Of a DNA stretch of 64,000 nucleotides, positions 18,005-28,099 are shown in pieces; the first letter of the stretch is position 1; each line of letters opens with the position of its first letter. This stretch comes from a virus. Lineage: Duplodnaviria; Caudoviricetes. The position numbers and the translations under genes are program-made. The stretch covers positions 128,001-192,000 of the IMG/VR virus record IMGVR_UViG_3300028588_000015. The stretch is one strand, 5' to 3'. Below the pieces are notes generated by a model. That model did not search any database. It was not told where the DNA came from and was given only the letters and a program-made list of their open reading frames with translations.

Positions 18005-18955
18005 ATGACGACCAACATCACGGTCGTCAGCGATGAGAAGAAGCATGGTGATCTCATTGCAGAATCCATTGCCCGTACCCTGCGCGATGAAGGGTTTAAA
18101 CAACTCTACCTCGACACCAATGACGGTATGCAAAAGGTCGACCTCGGCGGTCAATCGCTGTTGTCCGTGATACGGAAGACTCATGATCCTGAATTCCTGA
18201 ACAACGAGCAGGTGCGGATCACCGCGATGGCGATGGAAGAGATGAACATGCAGTCGATGGTCATCGTCGAGCGGAACAAGTTCACGGGTGAAACCAAGAA
18301 CCACACCATGCAGTCGCTCAGTGATGCGGTGCTCGCCAATTCTAAAGGCATCAAGGTATCCACCGACGGTGGCATGTCGTACTTTCACCCAACCGGGGCA
18401 ATTCGCATCATTTATCCAGATGCGCATAACAGCGGTGTGGACGAAGAGTCCGACCTGCATTTAATCGTCAGCGATGAAGGCATTGTTGCAGATTTGGTAG
18501 GCAACGAATCCGGCGAAGTTCTCGATACCGCTACGCTGGACATGGAAGAACTGGTTGACACCATTTTTCCAGAGTCAGGGCATGAACCGAACAACGGTCT
18601 TGTCAATGATTTTTTCGACATTGCTAGTAGCGTATCACACGAGGTAGCTGGTCAGAAATGGGAACGTATCATGACCAAGATGGAAGATCGCGGTAGCGTC
18701 ATCAAGGCGGACGAACTCGTTATTGACAATAACGAGGACGAGGCCGAAACGCAGGCAGTTCTGAAGCGGGCACGTGAAATTGGCGAGCGCACCGGCAAAC
18801 GGATGGACATCTCGAAGGCCGTAAATGAACTGAAGCGTGAAGGAGTCATCAGGCAGGATTCCCTAGCCGGTCTTGAGGCTACGGTCGTGATGGCGCAAGA
18901 ACTCGCGTGCGACATGGCCGGTCTCAAGGTCGTCGTTGAGAAGGAGAAGAAGTAA
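18005..18955 (+). CDS. Hypothetical protein, paralog family C member 3, with extra acidic domains
   Basis: ggagg SD before ATG 18005; IARTLRDEGF...SLLSVIRKTHDPEFL. Confidence 0.8.
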   Translation: MTTNITVVSDEKKHGDLIAESIARTLRDEGFKQLYLDTNDGMQKVDLGGQSLLSVIRKTHDPEFLNNEQVRITAMAMEEMNMQSMVIVERNKFTGETKNHTMQSLSDAVLANSKGIKVSTDGGMSYFHPTGAIRIIYPDAHNSGVDEESDLHLIVSDEGIVADLVGNESGEVLDTATLDMEELVDTIFPESGHEPNNGLVNDFFDIASSVSHEVAGQKWERIMTKMEDRGSVIKADELVIDNNEDEAETQAVLKRAREIGERTGKRMDISKAVNELKREGVIRQDSLAGLEATVVMAQELACDMAGLKVVVEKEKK

Positions 18956-19149
18956 TGCCGCGTTACAAGAACCATGAAGACTTCTTTAAACAAGTCGGCG
19001 AAGAAACACTGGAAACCGTGCTGCACCATAATCACAGTGCACGGTTCACCGTCGAAGAAATGTATCAGTTTTTCAAGGCACGTTACGACGCCGAGAAAGA
19101 AAAGGGAAAGTTGGATCAGTTCATCGAGGATCGGCATCGCGCGCAGTAA
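18955..19149 (+). CDS. Small hypothetical protein
   Basis: 64 aa; TAATG overlap with upstream stop; aaggag SD. Confidence 0.7.
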   Translation: MPRYKNHEDFFKQVGEETLETVLHHNHSARFTVEEMYQFFKARYDAEKEKGKLDQFIEDRHRAQ

Positions 19150-19173
19150 ACAGTAAGCAGTAAGTCGTAACGC

Positions 19174-19202
19174 ACTAGGGACTAACACTCCCTAGTTTTT
19201 TT
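19174..19202 (+). terminator. Intrinsic terminator
   Basis: actaggga-ctaacac-tccctagt-tttttt. Confidence 0.8.
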
Positions 19203-19231
19203 CTTAACATAGTTCAAAAAGGAATGTTCAG

Positions 19232-19636
19232 ATGTCGGAGCACAACCAAAACGGGATGGACGTCATCATCGAAGGTGGCAACCAAAGCGAACAATACATC
19301 GTCGGCGCAATCATCAGCAAAGCGCTCACCGAGGCGGGCTACAAGAAAACGCAGCATCACGACAAACCGGGTCACATCGTGACTCCGGAAGTCCAGACGG
19401 TCATGTATCCGTCGCTTCTCAACGTCGTTCGGCAGAATCGGCCGGACTTCCTCAACACCCCTGTGATCGTGTCAGCGTACCACGCACCGCCTGTGCCCCG
19501 AGAGCGCCGTGCGCATGACCGTGTCATGGTGCGGGCGCTCGAAACAGCATTGTCGCCGCGTGACGAGGCGGTCGAACTCGACGACGCGTGGGGCAATCTC
19601 ACCACGATTGAAAAGGAGGACCTGATCGGCGCGTAA
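19232..19636 (+). CDS. Hypothetical protein, paralog family C member 4
   Basis: IISKALTEAGY...SLLNVVRQNRPDFLNTPVIV. Confidence 0.78.
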   Translation: MSEHNQNGMDVIIEGGNQSEQYIVGAIISKALTEAGYKKTQHHDKPGHIVTPEVQTVMYPSLLNVVRQNRPDFLNTPVIVSAYHAPPVPRERRAHDRVMVRALETALSPRDEAVELDDAWGNLTTIEKEDLIGA

Positions 19637-19673
19637 GGGGGAACCAACTCAGATTAACCAAACAGGAGCAATC

Positions 19674-20018
19674 ATGGCTAATCAAATGGAACAAGAACAA
19701 CTGCGCATCGAAGTGCGCGGACCGGAACGTACCAGCAATACGTTCTTTTGCAATCTCATTGCCGACGCACTGAAAGCGGCTGGCTTGGACAATATGGAAG
19801 TCATCAATCAGCGTGGCGATGACATCGATGGCCTGCCTACCAGTGAACTCTTTGCGGCTGCGCGAGAACACAATCCCTTACTCGGTCTGGCGGGTGTTGC
19901 TATCTATGCAGAAGGTCCGGTGATGGAAGAAGTCGTGGTGTTCGACAACCCTGATCGATTCGAAGACGATGATCCGGACGTGTCGGAATTGATTTTTGAC
20001 TTTGCGCTTGAAGACTAA
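19674..20018 (+). CDS. Hypothetical protein, paralog family C member 5
   Basis: aggag SD; IEVRGP...LIADALKAAGL; acidic tail. Confidence 0.78.
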   Translation: MANQMEQEQLRIEVRGPERTSNTFFCNLIADALKAAGLDNMEVINQRGDDIDGLPTSELFAAAREHNPLLGLAGVAIYAEGPVMEEVVVFDNPDRFEDDDPDVSELIFDFALED

Positions 20019-20035
20019 CGCTTCGACAAGGAGTC

Positions 20036-20335
20036 ATGATGTTAAACAGTATCAACGATTTTGCTATTGTGCTTACGGGCGCCAATAGCGACACCCGTAG
20101 AACCGCAGCCCTGTTAATCAATCAAGCACTACAAGAGCGCGGTTTTAACATGGTCGATGTGGTGGACGACCACGGCGACCCTATCGAGTTGCCGGAAGCT
20201 GTACCCAGCGTACTGGAAAACATTCGACGCAGTTCACCCCAATTCTACGATACGTTCGTGACCATCCAAGAAGTCAAGGTCCGTACGTACGGCGATGGCT
20301 ACTACGAAGGAGTGAGAAGACATGCTTGGGATTAA
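20036..20335 (+). CDS. Hypothetical protein, paralog family C member 6
   Basis: aaggag SD; LINQALQERGF...SVLENIRRSSPQFYDTFVTI. Confidence 0.78.
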   Translation: MMLNSINDFAIVLTGANSDTRRTAALLINQALQERGFNMVDVVDDHGDPIELPEAVPSVLENIRRSSPQFYDTFVTIQEVKVRTYGDGYYEGVRRHAWD

Positions 20336-20448
20336 TGACTGACGGCACGCATCGCGTGACCTATTCAAACACTTTGGGATATCCTGAAATGAATGCTGCT
20401 GCATAGAGCCGTGATGACATAGCCGACAGCGGTATTTAACTAGAGAAA

Positions 20449-20480
20449 AAAGGAAAAGCTTCGGCTTTTCCTTTATGCCG
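20449..20480 (+). terminator. Terminator of the accessory cluster plus TATGCCG
   Basis: aaaggaaaagc-ttcg-gcttttccttt-atgccg. Confidence 0.8.
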
Positions 20481-20494
20481 CATGTTTAACTTTG

Positions 20495-20564
20495 CGGCAT
20501 AAAGGAAAAAGCACACCACCTTGATCGCACCTACCCTTGTCGGGTGAGTGTATCAAGGTGGTGT
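20495..20564 (-). terminator. Terminator of the portal gene plus TATGCCG (minus strand)
   Basis: acaccaccttgat/atcaaggtggtgt stem; A tract and CGGCATA on its left. Confidence 0.75.
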
Positions 20565-20609
20565 TACTTTACTTACTCAGACCTTTTTTTCTTGGGTCAT
20601 TTCAGTTGC

Positions 20610-23429
20610 TCAGGCTTGGTTTTGCTCGTCCTCGCCCTTGCCAGTGTCGTCGCTACTGGACTTGTCGTCACCCGTGGGCTCGTCTTCCTTGGGTTCGGTA
20701 CCGTCTTGGTTTTCAACGGGTGCGGTGTTGTCGGGAGCTTGCTCGAGCGGGTTGTCATCGTCACCTCCTAAGTTAAAGTCATCGAAACCGTCGTTACTGC
20801 CGCCGCCACCGCCGGAACCGTCATCGGTAGTGGTATCGCTACCACCGCCGCCACCTTCAACGCCATTTTCTTCCAGCGTCTTATTCGACAGTTCTTTCTG
20901 GGCCCGGAAGGATTTGAGCAAACCAGTCAACGAAGCCGAAACTGCCTGTACGTGGTCCTTCTGTGCTTGATACAAATCGAGCATCGGCTTACCAGCTTCA
21001 TCCTTCGTGGTCAGTTGAGCCAGTTCCGGCATGATGCCGTTTTCTGCCATGTAGACCCGCATGAAGTGACCCTTGACAAGTGCCTTGAGCATTTGGAACT
21101 CGCTGTTCAATTGACCGGTCGACGAATCCGTCAAACCGTCTGGTGGCAGCCATGCTTCCAGCGCCACATCGAGTGCTTTGCTATACTCATCCAGCGCCGC
21201 CATTTGATTCGTGAGCGACGCAGTGTTTGGCTTGGGCAGCGACACTTCAAAGCTGCGAATGAATTGCTCCACCACTTCCCCGATAATCAAGCCGCGCTGC
21301 TGCTTGCCGTCGTCGTTAGTGAAGTCAATCTTCTTACCTTGCTGGTCTTTCAACCAGTCTTCTTTGATTTTATCAAAGTTGTTGTCGATGATTTCTGCCA
21401 AATGACGCAGCAAACCTTCAGTGTTGCGCAGCACTTTACGGTGGTGGTCCGTCAAGAACGGTACCAGTTGTTCTTGGTGCTTCAGCGCACGTTTGGAGAG
21501 CATCAGGTTGTTGTTGTTGGCAACCGTTGCAAACTCTGCATTGTACGTCGCGTCCACCTGCTCCGGACTTACACCGAATGCCATGATCGATTGCTTGCGC
21601 AGTTGCTCGTCCAGTTCGGTATCGATCTTGACGTGGTTGTCGGCTTTCTGCTGCACGTCGATCTTCACCTCTGGCAGATTCGGGCTGCCTTCGGTGACAA
21701 ATTCATAACCCGCGCGTTGCATCCACGACACGATGTCAGCGGGGTTGTTCATCCCGAATGGCATCACCCCTTGACGGGTGTTGAGGAACTCATGCTGGAG
21801 GATTTCAAGCGACTTCTGGGCATCAGGGTCGTCCTGGTCCATCGTAAACGTCACTTGCGTGCGGCCAATGGAATTCTTCATCATGGCCGCTACGTTGGCA
21901 AACATCGTCATGACGCGGATACTGGTCAGCGTCTTCATGCGTTCCAGAATCGACTCGCCAATACCGTCACCGTTGTAGCGCACTGCCATGTAGGTCGTCA
22001 ATTCGACGGGCAGGAACAACAGTTGGGTATGTTGCTTGGCCATGGCGCGTGCCAGCATGATGCGGTAGATTTCTTCTTGCTTGGCCACGGCGACGCCGCT
22101 TGTGTATATGCCGCCATTATTCAGGCGCATGATGAGTTCTTGCTCGATCAGTTCGCCAAAGACACGCGCACTCACATCGATGTGTTGACGGTTGAATGAA
22201 TTGAAGTTGCCTTCAATTTGACCGTGCGTCTTCTTGATCATGGTGGAGGCAAAACTGTCGCCACCCGTGAATCGCGTACTCAGCTGGCGGTACTGGTCGT
22301 CCGCGTTCACTTTTGAAACTGGATTGCCTTCCGCGTCGAGTAGCACGAAGTAGCCAACGTGTTCCTCGGGTTTACCCGGTACGTGAACCGGCATCACCGA
22401 TTCCGACGGCAAGTGCAACACCAGTGGGTTGCCAATCGCGCGGCGTGACAGTTGATCCTGCGTGTAGACCCGCGCCATCGGTTTGTAGGCGAACTGCGGC
22501 GTCTTGAAAATCTGGCTGGCTACTTGCCGCTCTGTGATCGTACCGAATGTCTCGGCGGCGTACTGCGCGGTTCCGGTAGCGCGTTTGATCGCAGTGCCTG
22601 CATTGACCAGCGTGTTGACGCGCTGCTCACGCAGTTTACGCTGGATGTCAGGCAACTTCAGGACATCAGGATTGTCCAGGATCGACACCGTGGTGGGCAA
22701 TTTTGCAGCCAGGTGCCGGTCGATCACCATCATGGGGTCGATGTTACGCGGTGCCTCGTAACCATCGAATGCTTCCATTGACAGACCGGGCCGAGCGGCT
22801 GCTTCCGCCGGGGTATCCTTGACAGCATTGCCCAGCAAACCTTTGGGTTTGACGGTACCGTCGCTATCGATCGATTCTTTCAATCCTTCCAGCGTGATAC
22901 GGCCGGTACCGTTGATGAGTTGATCGATCGAGTTTTCTGGAATCACTGCGTAAACCCAGCTGCCTGTGCGGAAGAAAATATCACGCAGGATCTCGGCCAG
23001 CTGCGACTCTATTTTATAGTTCGTCTGGAAATGTTCCTTGATAGCGTCCGTCAAGGCTGCCGCAACATCGGCCGACACAATGCCTTCCCCGCCCTTGTAG
23101 ACGAGTTCGGTGGTCATCATGTCCTTCGGGGCAATGATGGCACTGATCAGAATTTCTTGCGCCAAACCGAGTTCGGGCAAGATCTCCATGACGGTTTCGG
23201 CATCCGCAATGTTAAGTGCTGTGCGGTCCGACAGGGTCTGCATCTTGCCGATATCTGGCAAGGTCTGCGATGTCTGGCTGTTGGTGGTGGCCGCCGTCGT
23301 GTGCGGCGCCGTATTCAGCTTACTGATGGTGGCGGCCATTTGCGGGTTTTCGCGTGCCATCTTCAAGGCAGGCGCGTAATTCCCTTTTTGGGCGGCAGCA
23401 ATAGCGTTAGCAAAACTTTCTCTGGACAT
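20610..23429 (-). CDS. Portal protein (phiKZ gp129-like)
   Basis: 939 aa; PELGLAQEILISAIIAPKDM; VLHLPSESVMPVHVPGKP..HVGYFVLLDAEGNP; RKQSIMAFGVSPEQVD; divergent from the gp128-like gene. Confidence 0.82.
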   Translation of the reverse strand: MSRESFANAIAAAQKGNYAPALKMARENPQMAATISKLNTAPHTTAATTNSQTSQTLPDIGKMQTLSDRTALNIADAETVMEILPELGLAQEILISAIIAPKDMMTTELVYKGGEGIVSADVAAALTDAIKEHFQTNYKIESQLAEILRDIFFRTGSWVYAVIPENSIDQLINGTGRITLEGLKESIDSDGTVKPKGLLGNAVKDTPAEAAARPGLSMEAFDGYEAPRNIDPMMVIDRHLAAKLPTTVSILDNPDVLKLPDIQRKLREQRVNTLVNAGTAIKRATGTAQYAAETFGTITERQVASQIFKTPQFAYKPMARVYTQDQLSRRAIGNPLVLHLPSESVMPVHVPGKPEEHVGYFVLLDAEGNPVSKVNADDQYRQLSTRFTGGDSFASTMIKKTHGQIEGNFNSFNRQHIDVSARVFGELIEQELIMRLNNGGIYTSGVAVAKQEEIYRIMLARAMAKQHTQLLFLPVELTTYMAVRYNGDGIGESILERMKTLTSIRVMTMFANVAAMMKNSIGRTQVTFTMDQDDPDAQKSLEILQHEFLNTRQGVMPFGMNNPADIVSWMQRAGYEFVTEGSPNLPEVKIDVQQKADNHVKIDTELDEQLRKQSIMAFGVSPEQVDATYNAEFATVANNNNLMLSKRALKHQEQLVPFLTDHHRKVLRNTEGLLRHLAEIIDNNFDKIKEDWLKDQQGKKIDFTNDDGKQQRGLIIGEVVEQFIRSFEVSLPKPNTASLTNQMAALDEYSKALDVALEAWLPPDGLTDSSTGQLNSEFQMLKALVKGHFMRVYMAENGIMPELAQLTTKDEAGKPMLDLYQAQKDHVQAVSASLTGLLKSFRAQKELSNKTLEENGVEGGGGGSDTTTDDGSGGGGGSNDGFDDFNLGGDDDNPLEQAPDNTAPVENQDGTEPKEDEPTGDDKSSSDDTGKGEDEQNQA

Positions 23430-23461
23430 TCCAACCTCTTACTATTGGGGATGATTTTTGT

Positions 23462-25765
23462 ATGGATAACCGATACCGGTTGTATCTCGATGCCGCAAAC
23501 ACCTTGGCGGAAACAATTGTAATCAAATCCGCCGCAGCGGCAGCGTCGATTAACCAGCGGGTTGTCGAAGAATATGGACCGATCGCCGTCCGTGACGAAG
23601 ACCCGAATAACTGGAAGTACTACATGAATCTGGCCGGTGAGTACCACCCGACTAATGAAGTCATGACAGTCGTATCAATGGATACACAAACGAGCATTGT
23701 GTTTTCTAAAGAGAACTTGGCGATCCACCGCGCGACGGCGCGCAGCTATGCGTACGGTACGCGGCAATACACAGAACTGGTGGCCAAGTACCCGACGCAG
23801 GAAACGTTGATTCTTGGCATTCTGTATCCCGTGGACAAAACCACAGCGATCGAAGCCCCGGATGGCACGATCCTCGGTTTTCCGCCGGGCCTGGTGGAAC
23901 CCAACGAATACAATTTTGTCTCCAAATTGCAAGCATGGATCTGGGGCTACATCTACCGCTGGGTGGTAAAAGGGTTCACTGTCACCGATTCCCTGTACAC
24001 CGCGACTTGGATGGGGATCATGTACGTCAACATGGTTCCGGCGATCTTGACTATCCGGTTGGCGGCTTGCAAAACAAACGAAGCGCATAGCTTCCATGTC
24101 AAGAAGTATTTGGCCAGCCACGGCCTGAACGAAAACCATTTGGAGTACTTGAATTTGGAGCAATCCTTGTGGTTGTACCGAAACATTGAGTACTTGCAGC
24201 GCAATCTCGGCAAGCAAGAAAACTTCGAGCTGCTGATGCAGCAGCTCATGACAAAGCGCAATCTACCGCTGGCTGAATACACCATGCGGCACGATGTACA
24301 ATTAATGCCGACTGAGATTTATCCCACAGTGGCGTTCCGCAAAAAGACACTGAATGTGGAAACGGTGGATTTGATTCCGACGTTTTTGACGCTCGATAAG
24401 TTGCTCGACAAACAAGATCAATTTGCCCGGGCTAACAAGACGATTAAAGAAGATGTGGCGCCCGTCATCAAGGAAATCATGGAGAACGCCAACTCCAATG
24501 TCTTGATGACCAAGTTCTTGGAATCAACCGTGGTGGACTATGGCGACAATACGCCGTACACCATGTACAACGTGCTGATACATCACTGGCTGCACTTAGC
24601 GACCCAAGGTCTCTACGGCGCGTTCATTACCGTGACCAACCCCCGCACGGGTGAGCGGTTCCCGTTGAACGCGCTCGATGCGTTTACCCTATCGTGGTAT
24701 GCCTTTTGGGCTGCACGAGACTATGTACTGGACGAAGTGCCGCACGTCATTGCACGACGTGTACAGCGTATCCCCACTCCATCGGTGGACGATTTATTGT
24801 CCGTGGTGGATAAAACGCTTGTGTCCCGCGAGGATGCAGTGGAAGCCTTGTCGAGACAGCCTGCATTTACACCGATCATCTCGACGGAAGCTTTCTACGC
24901 CAAATGCTTGGAAATTTACCACGCTGAACAGCACCAGCGTGGCTTGGTGTCCTACCAAGAGCATAAAGAAAAACACGCCATGATGCAAAACATGATCGCG
25001 CGCATTTACAGCGACAGCGAGTGTGTGTTGGCACCGAGCGGCGCCGACTACAGTACGTGGTTGGGTCAGCGCAACATCGACCTGAGTAATTTCGCATCCG
25101 CTGACTTCGCTCAGATGTATGAAGCGATTGTGCTCGATGCGACGGGCCTGTCTTTGATCGCCAAAGTTTCCATCAAAGACATCCAGCGCGCGATGGTGGG
25201 TTTGATGACGGGCTTGTCCAGCTACAGTATTCAAATCAACGCCGAAGTCAATGGCAGCGATTTGATGGTCAGCGATACACCCGCTATCCGGTGGGGCGAC
25301 ATTGACCAACATGGTAAAGACTTGGTACCTTTGCAAGAAGAAATTGCCGTGTTCAGTGGCGCGCCAACGCGCGGCAAGAACACGGAGCAGTACGACATCA
25401 ACCTGCCGCAAAATACAAATGTCACCGAAGTCAACAACCATGTCGGCACCATTAACTACGATATTGGCCTACCGCTTGTACTGGCGGACCGGGCGTGGAA
25501 AATGCACGTGGTTTACCCGATCGCAGACGTACGCTTTACACTAGGGGTGCCGGTGCTTGAAAACAACTTGGGCGTCATCGCGGTACCAGGTATCCCTGAA
25601 TGGTTGGCGTTGCCACCCGACCAACGTATCGATATCATCGACATGTACGATACCGGCTTGCCGCCGGTCATGCCAACGCCGGACGATGATCCGGACGACC
25701 TCGCCAATGTGATAAGTCAAAACGTACTGAGCGGTCTGCACTATGGCCCTGAACAACTCCCTTAA
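23462..25765 (+). CDS. Virion structural protein (phiKZ gp128-like)
   Basis: 767 aa; WKYYMNLAGEYH; HSFHVKKYLASH; LYRNIEYLQRNLGKQ. Confidence 0.75.
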   Translation: MDNRYRLYLDAANTLAETIVIKSAAAAASINQRVVEEYGPIAVRDEDPNNWKYYMNLAGEYHPTNEVMTVVSMDTQTSIVFSKENLAIHRATARSYAYGTRQYTELVAKYPTQETLILGILYPVDKTTAIEAPDGTILGFPPGLVEPNEYNFVSKLQAWIWGYIYRWVVKGFTVTDSLYTATWMGIMYVNMVPAILTIRLAACKTNEAHSFHVKKYLASHGLNENHLEYLNLEQSLWLYRNIEYLQRNLGKQENFELLMQQLMTKRNLPLAEYTMRHDVQLMPTEIYPTVAFRKKTLNVETVDLIPTFLTLDKLLDKQDQFARANKTIKEDVAPVIKEIMENANSNVLMTKFLESTVVDYGDNTPYTMYNVLIHHWLHLATQGLYGAFITVTNPRTGERFPLNALDAFTLSWYAFWAARDYVLDEVPHVIARRVQRIPTPSVDDLLSVVDKTLVSREDAVEALSRQPAFTPIISTEAFYAKCLEIYHAEQHQRGLVSYQEHKEKHAMMQNMIARIYSDSECVLAPSGADYSTWLGQRNIDLSNFASADFAQMYEAIVLDATGLSLIAKVSIKDIQRAMVGLMTGLSSYSIQINAEVNGSDLMVSDTPAIRWGDIDQHGKDLVPLQEEIAVFSGAPTRGKNTEQYDINLPQNTNVTEVNNHVGTINYDIGLPLVLADRAWKMHVVYPIADVRFTLGVPVLENNLGVIAVPGIPEWLALPPDQRIDIIDMYDTGLPPVMPTPDDDPDDLANVISQNVLSGLHYGPEQLP

Positions 25766-25847
25766 ACCACACGTGGAATAAAACATCATTTGTTTATTCT
25801 GTGATAGGCGTAGCAATACGCCTTTTAGCTATTGAAAAAGGAATACC

Positions 25848-26696
25848 ATGGAAGTCATTACCCGCACTGGTTACGGCGCGCACCTGCAAACTTGCATGAA
25901 GTTTCGTCGCCCCTACCCGATCTACACCAACACCACGCTCAACGAAAAGCTGAACATTCAGTCAGGCGTGAAACCGCCGGTGGGCGAATACCCGTACTGC
26001 GGTTATCTGGCAATCGGTAACGGTGGCCACAAAGTGGCACAGGGTGCGGACAACATGTCAGCCCCCGACCCGGTCGAACACATCGCCACCGACGCGGCGC
26101 CCTTCAAGATTCTGCCGTTCGTACTGCGCGAACAAACCGACGACCTGAGTGAACCGCAGCGGCGCAAGTACGCCCTGCGCCGGGAAGAAGAACACAACGG
26201 TGTGCGTTACTACGCCTACTACCTGATGCGGATGGACTTGAGTGCGCTCAATCCGACGCTGGAACTGGTGGTAGTCGATGGCGATACCAAAACCACATCG
26301 CCCTTCGTCCCCACCAGCGAAGTCCTGTCGCCTGTGCCGCAAGAACTGTCACCGACTGGCGTCAACACTGTCGATGGTGACTACCTGTCGGCCAGCGCCA
26401 AAGTGCCGATCGTGTTCACCGAAGACGACATGACCGAACTGCGCAATGTCGCCAAGGTGCTGTTCGGGGCGGACAAGTACGCGATCATTTCGGAACTGAT
26501 ACCGTGCTACGGTTACGACAAGATGGTCGATTCGCCAGCGCCGGGCAACACCACCATTCCTTTTAACGAAGCGATCGCAGTTCAAGTCGACTCGTTCATC
26601 AACACCTTTATCGCGGCCAAGTTTACCAAATCCGGTTTCGACATGTTGCTGGATGCTGGTACAAGTGAACCCTTGTTCAAGTTGACTGCACCGTAA
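25848..26696 (+). CDS. Virion structural protein (phiKZ gp139-like)
   Basis: TTLNEKLNI...YLAIGNGGH...LPFVLRE..DDL...R.KYALR; precedes RuvC. Confidence 0.75.
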   Translation: MEVITRTGYGAHLQTCMKFRRPYPIYTNTTLNEKLNIQSGVKPPVGEYPYCGYLAIGNGGHKVAQGADNMSAPDPVEHIATDAAPFKILPFVLREQTDDLSEPQRRKYALRREEEHNGVRYYAYYLMRMDLSALNPTLELVVVDGDTKTTSPFVPTSEVLSPVPQELSPTGVNTVDGDYLSASAKVPIVFTEDDMTELRNVAKVLFGADKYAIISELIPCYGYDKMVDSPAPGNTTIPFNEAIAVQVDSFINTFIAAKFTKSGFDMLLDAGTSEPLFKLTAP

Positions 26697-26712
26697 TAAA
26701 GAAAGGATCGCC

Positions 26713-27312
26713 ATGCTTTACATGCCAGAAACAGCATCGAGCACGGCGGTACTGATTGGCATCGACCCCGGCTCATCGAAGCTGGGGTTTTGTGTCATGA
26801 CGGTTAATGTGATCACGTGGGAAATCCTCTCCACCAACGCATTTACGATCGTCGGCGAGAAACTGATGAAGAAGGATGGTTTCTTAGGCCACATCCACGG
26901 CGAGCGTTTTTCCCGCATCGATGCCATAGGCCTGCGTCTCCTCGAACTCTTCAAATTGTATCAACCCAATTGGGTCGCCTCAGAATCGCCGTTCTTTAAC
27001 CCCAGTCGCCCGAACGCGTTCGAAGTGTTGGTTGAAGTGCTCTTCAAAATTCGTCAATCCCTCTGGCAATACGACCCGTGGGTGTCGCTGTACCGTATTG
27101 ACCCGCCTACCGTAAAGAATGGTGTGGGCGCCAAAGGGGGAAGTTCCAAAGACCCAGTCCGTGACGCTATTCTAGCGATGGCCCCGGAACTCAAATACAT
27201 CGGCAAGACGCCGCTCGACAAACTCGACAACAATGCCATCGACAGTATCGCGGTGGCCAAAACACGTCTCGAACTCTTAAGGGGAAACATATGTCCCAAG
27301 GTAAAGCGGTAG
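26713..27312 (+). CDS. ruvC: RuvC-like Holliday junction resolvase
   Basis: LIGIDPG, ESPFF, K..V, AIDSIAVA acidic catalytic pattern. Confidence 0.88.
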   Translation: MLYMPETASSTAVLIGIDPGSSKLGFCVMTVNVITWEILSTNAFTIVGEKLMKKDGFLGHIHGERFSRIDAIGLRLLELFKLYQPNWVASESPFFNPSRPNAFEVLVEVLFKIRQSLWQYDPWVSLYRIDPPTVKNGVGAKGGSSKDPVRDAILAMAPELKYIGKTPLDKLDNNAIDSIAVAKTRLELLRGNICPKVKR

Positions 27313-27794
27313 CATTACTCATTCTGGCGGCTATCCTGGCCATCGGTGGTTGGGTTATCTACGACCAATCCAGCAAGATCGCCGAGTTGAATGTCACCGT
27401 CAAAACGTACGAGAAGACGATCAACAGTCTGAACGACCAGATCGATCTCGACAAGAGTGGTGACGCAATCGACAATAAGGTCACGGCGGCGGCGGCGCAA
27501 GAGAACCAACAAATTCACACCTCAGCGGATGCACGCAAAAGCGTGACTGACAACAAAGAAGATGCCATCCGCAAGAAGTACGACAAGCTCGTGGCCGACG
27601 CAACCGCTCGCGCTCAAACAACCACACCGACTGTAACTGCGCTGCATGTGGCAACCGAAGTCGAATTGCTCCAACAACAAGCGGCGCAGGCAATCAGTGC
27701 CAATCGACTCGATGGCTTGTGGGAAGAATACTGCGCCACCAACGCGTCCAAAGACTGTCCGGTGACGCCCAACATAAAGGAAGAAACATCATGA
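27291..27794 (+). CDS. Putative i-spanin
   Basis: Single N-terminal TM segment then predicted coiled coil; overlaps the downstream lipoprotein gene. Confidence 0.65.
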   Translation: MSQGKAVALLILAAILAIGGWVIYDQSSKIAELNVTVKTYEKTINSLNDQIDLDKSGDAIDNKVTAAAAQENQQIHTSADARKSVTDNKEDAIRKKYDKLVADATARAQTTTPTVTALHVATEVELLQQQAAQAISANRLDGLWEEYCATNASKDCPVTPNIKEETS

Positions 27795-28099
27795 AGAAAA
27801 TCGTGACATTGCTGGTTGCTGCGCTGTTGGTAGGCTGCACGACCCCTGAAATCAAGATCGAGACGAAGTACATCTTCCGCGAAACACCGGCAGTGCTCTT
27901 GATCACTTATGACGGCGTCCCACCACCCAACAAAGAGCAGTATCTCGAACTGTCTTGCGATGCTCGGGAAAAGGTGTGGACTGACATCTATCGAGAACAG
28001 AACACAGTCAACACCCTGTACCGTAACCAAACGCTCAACCAGATCGAATGGAACAAACAACAGAAATCACTTTACGAAGAACACAAAGGGGTACCGTGA
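27791..28099 (+). CDS. Putative o-spanin lipoprotein
   Basis: MKKIVTLLVAALLVG|C lipobox; Pro-rich; ATGA overlap with the i-spanin gene. Confidence 0.7.
   Translation: MKKIVTLLVAALLVGCTTPEIKIETKYIFRETPAVLLITYDGVPPPNKEQYLELSCDAREKVWTDIYREQNTVNTLYRNQTLNQIEWNKQQKSLYEEHKGVP

Noticed and set aside
20335-20440. 23-aa ORF whose TAG is followed by a short in-frame extension (possible readthrough or recoding)
   Set aside because: Too short to support; several clear genes end in TAG, so the standard code applies
20952-22199. Long opposite-strand ORFs here and at 16618-17850, 30480-31910, 47392-48816 and 50096-51385
   Set aside because: All overlap well-supported genes on the other strand and lack motifs or SD sites
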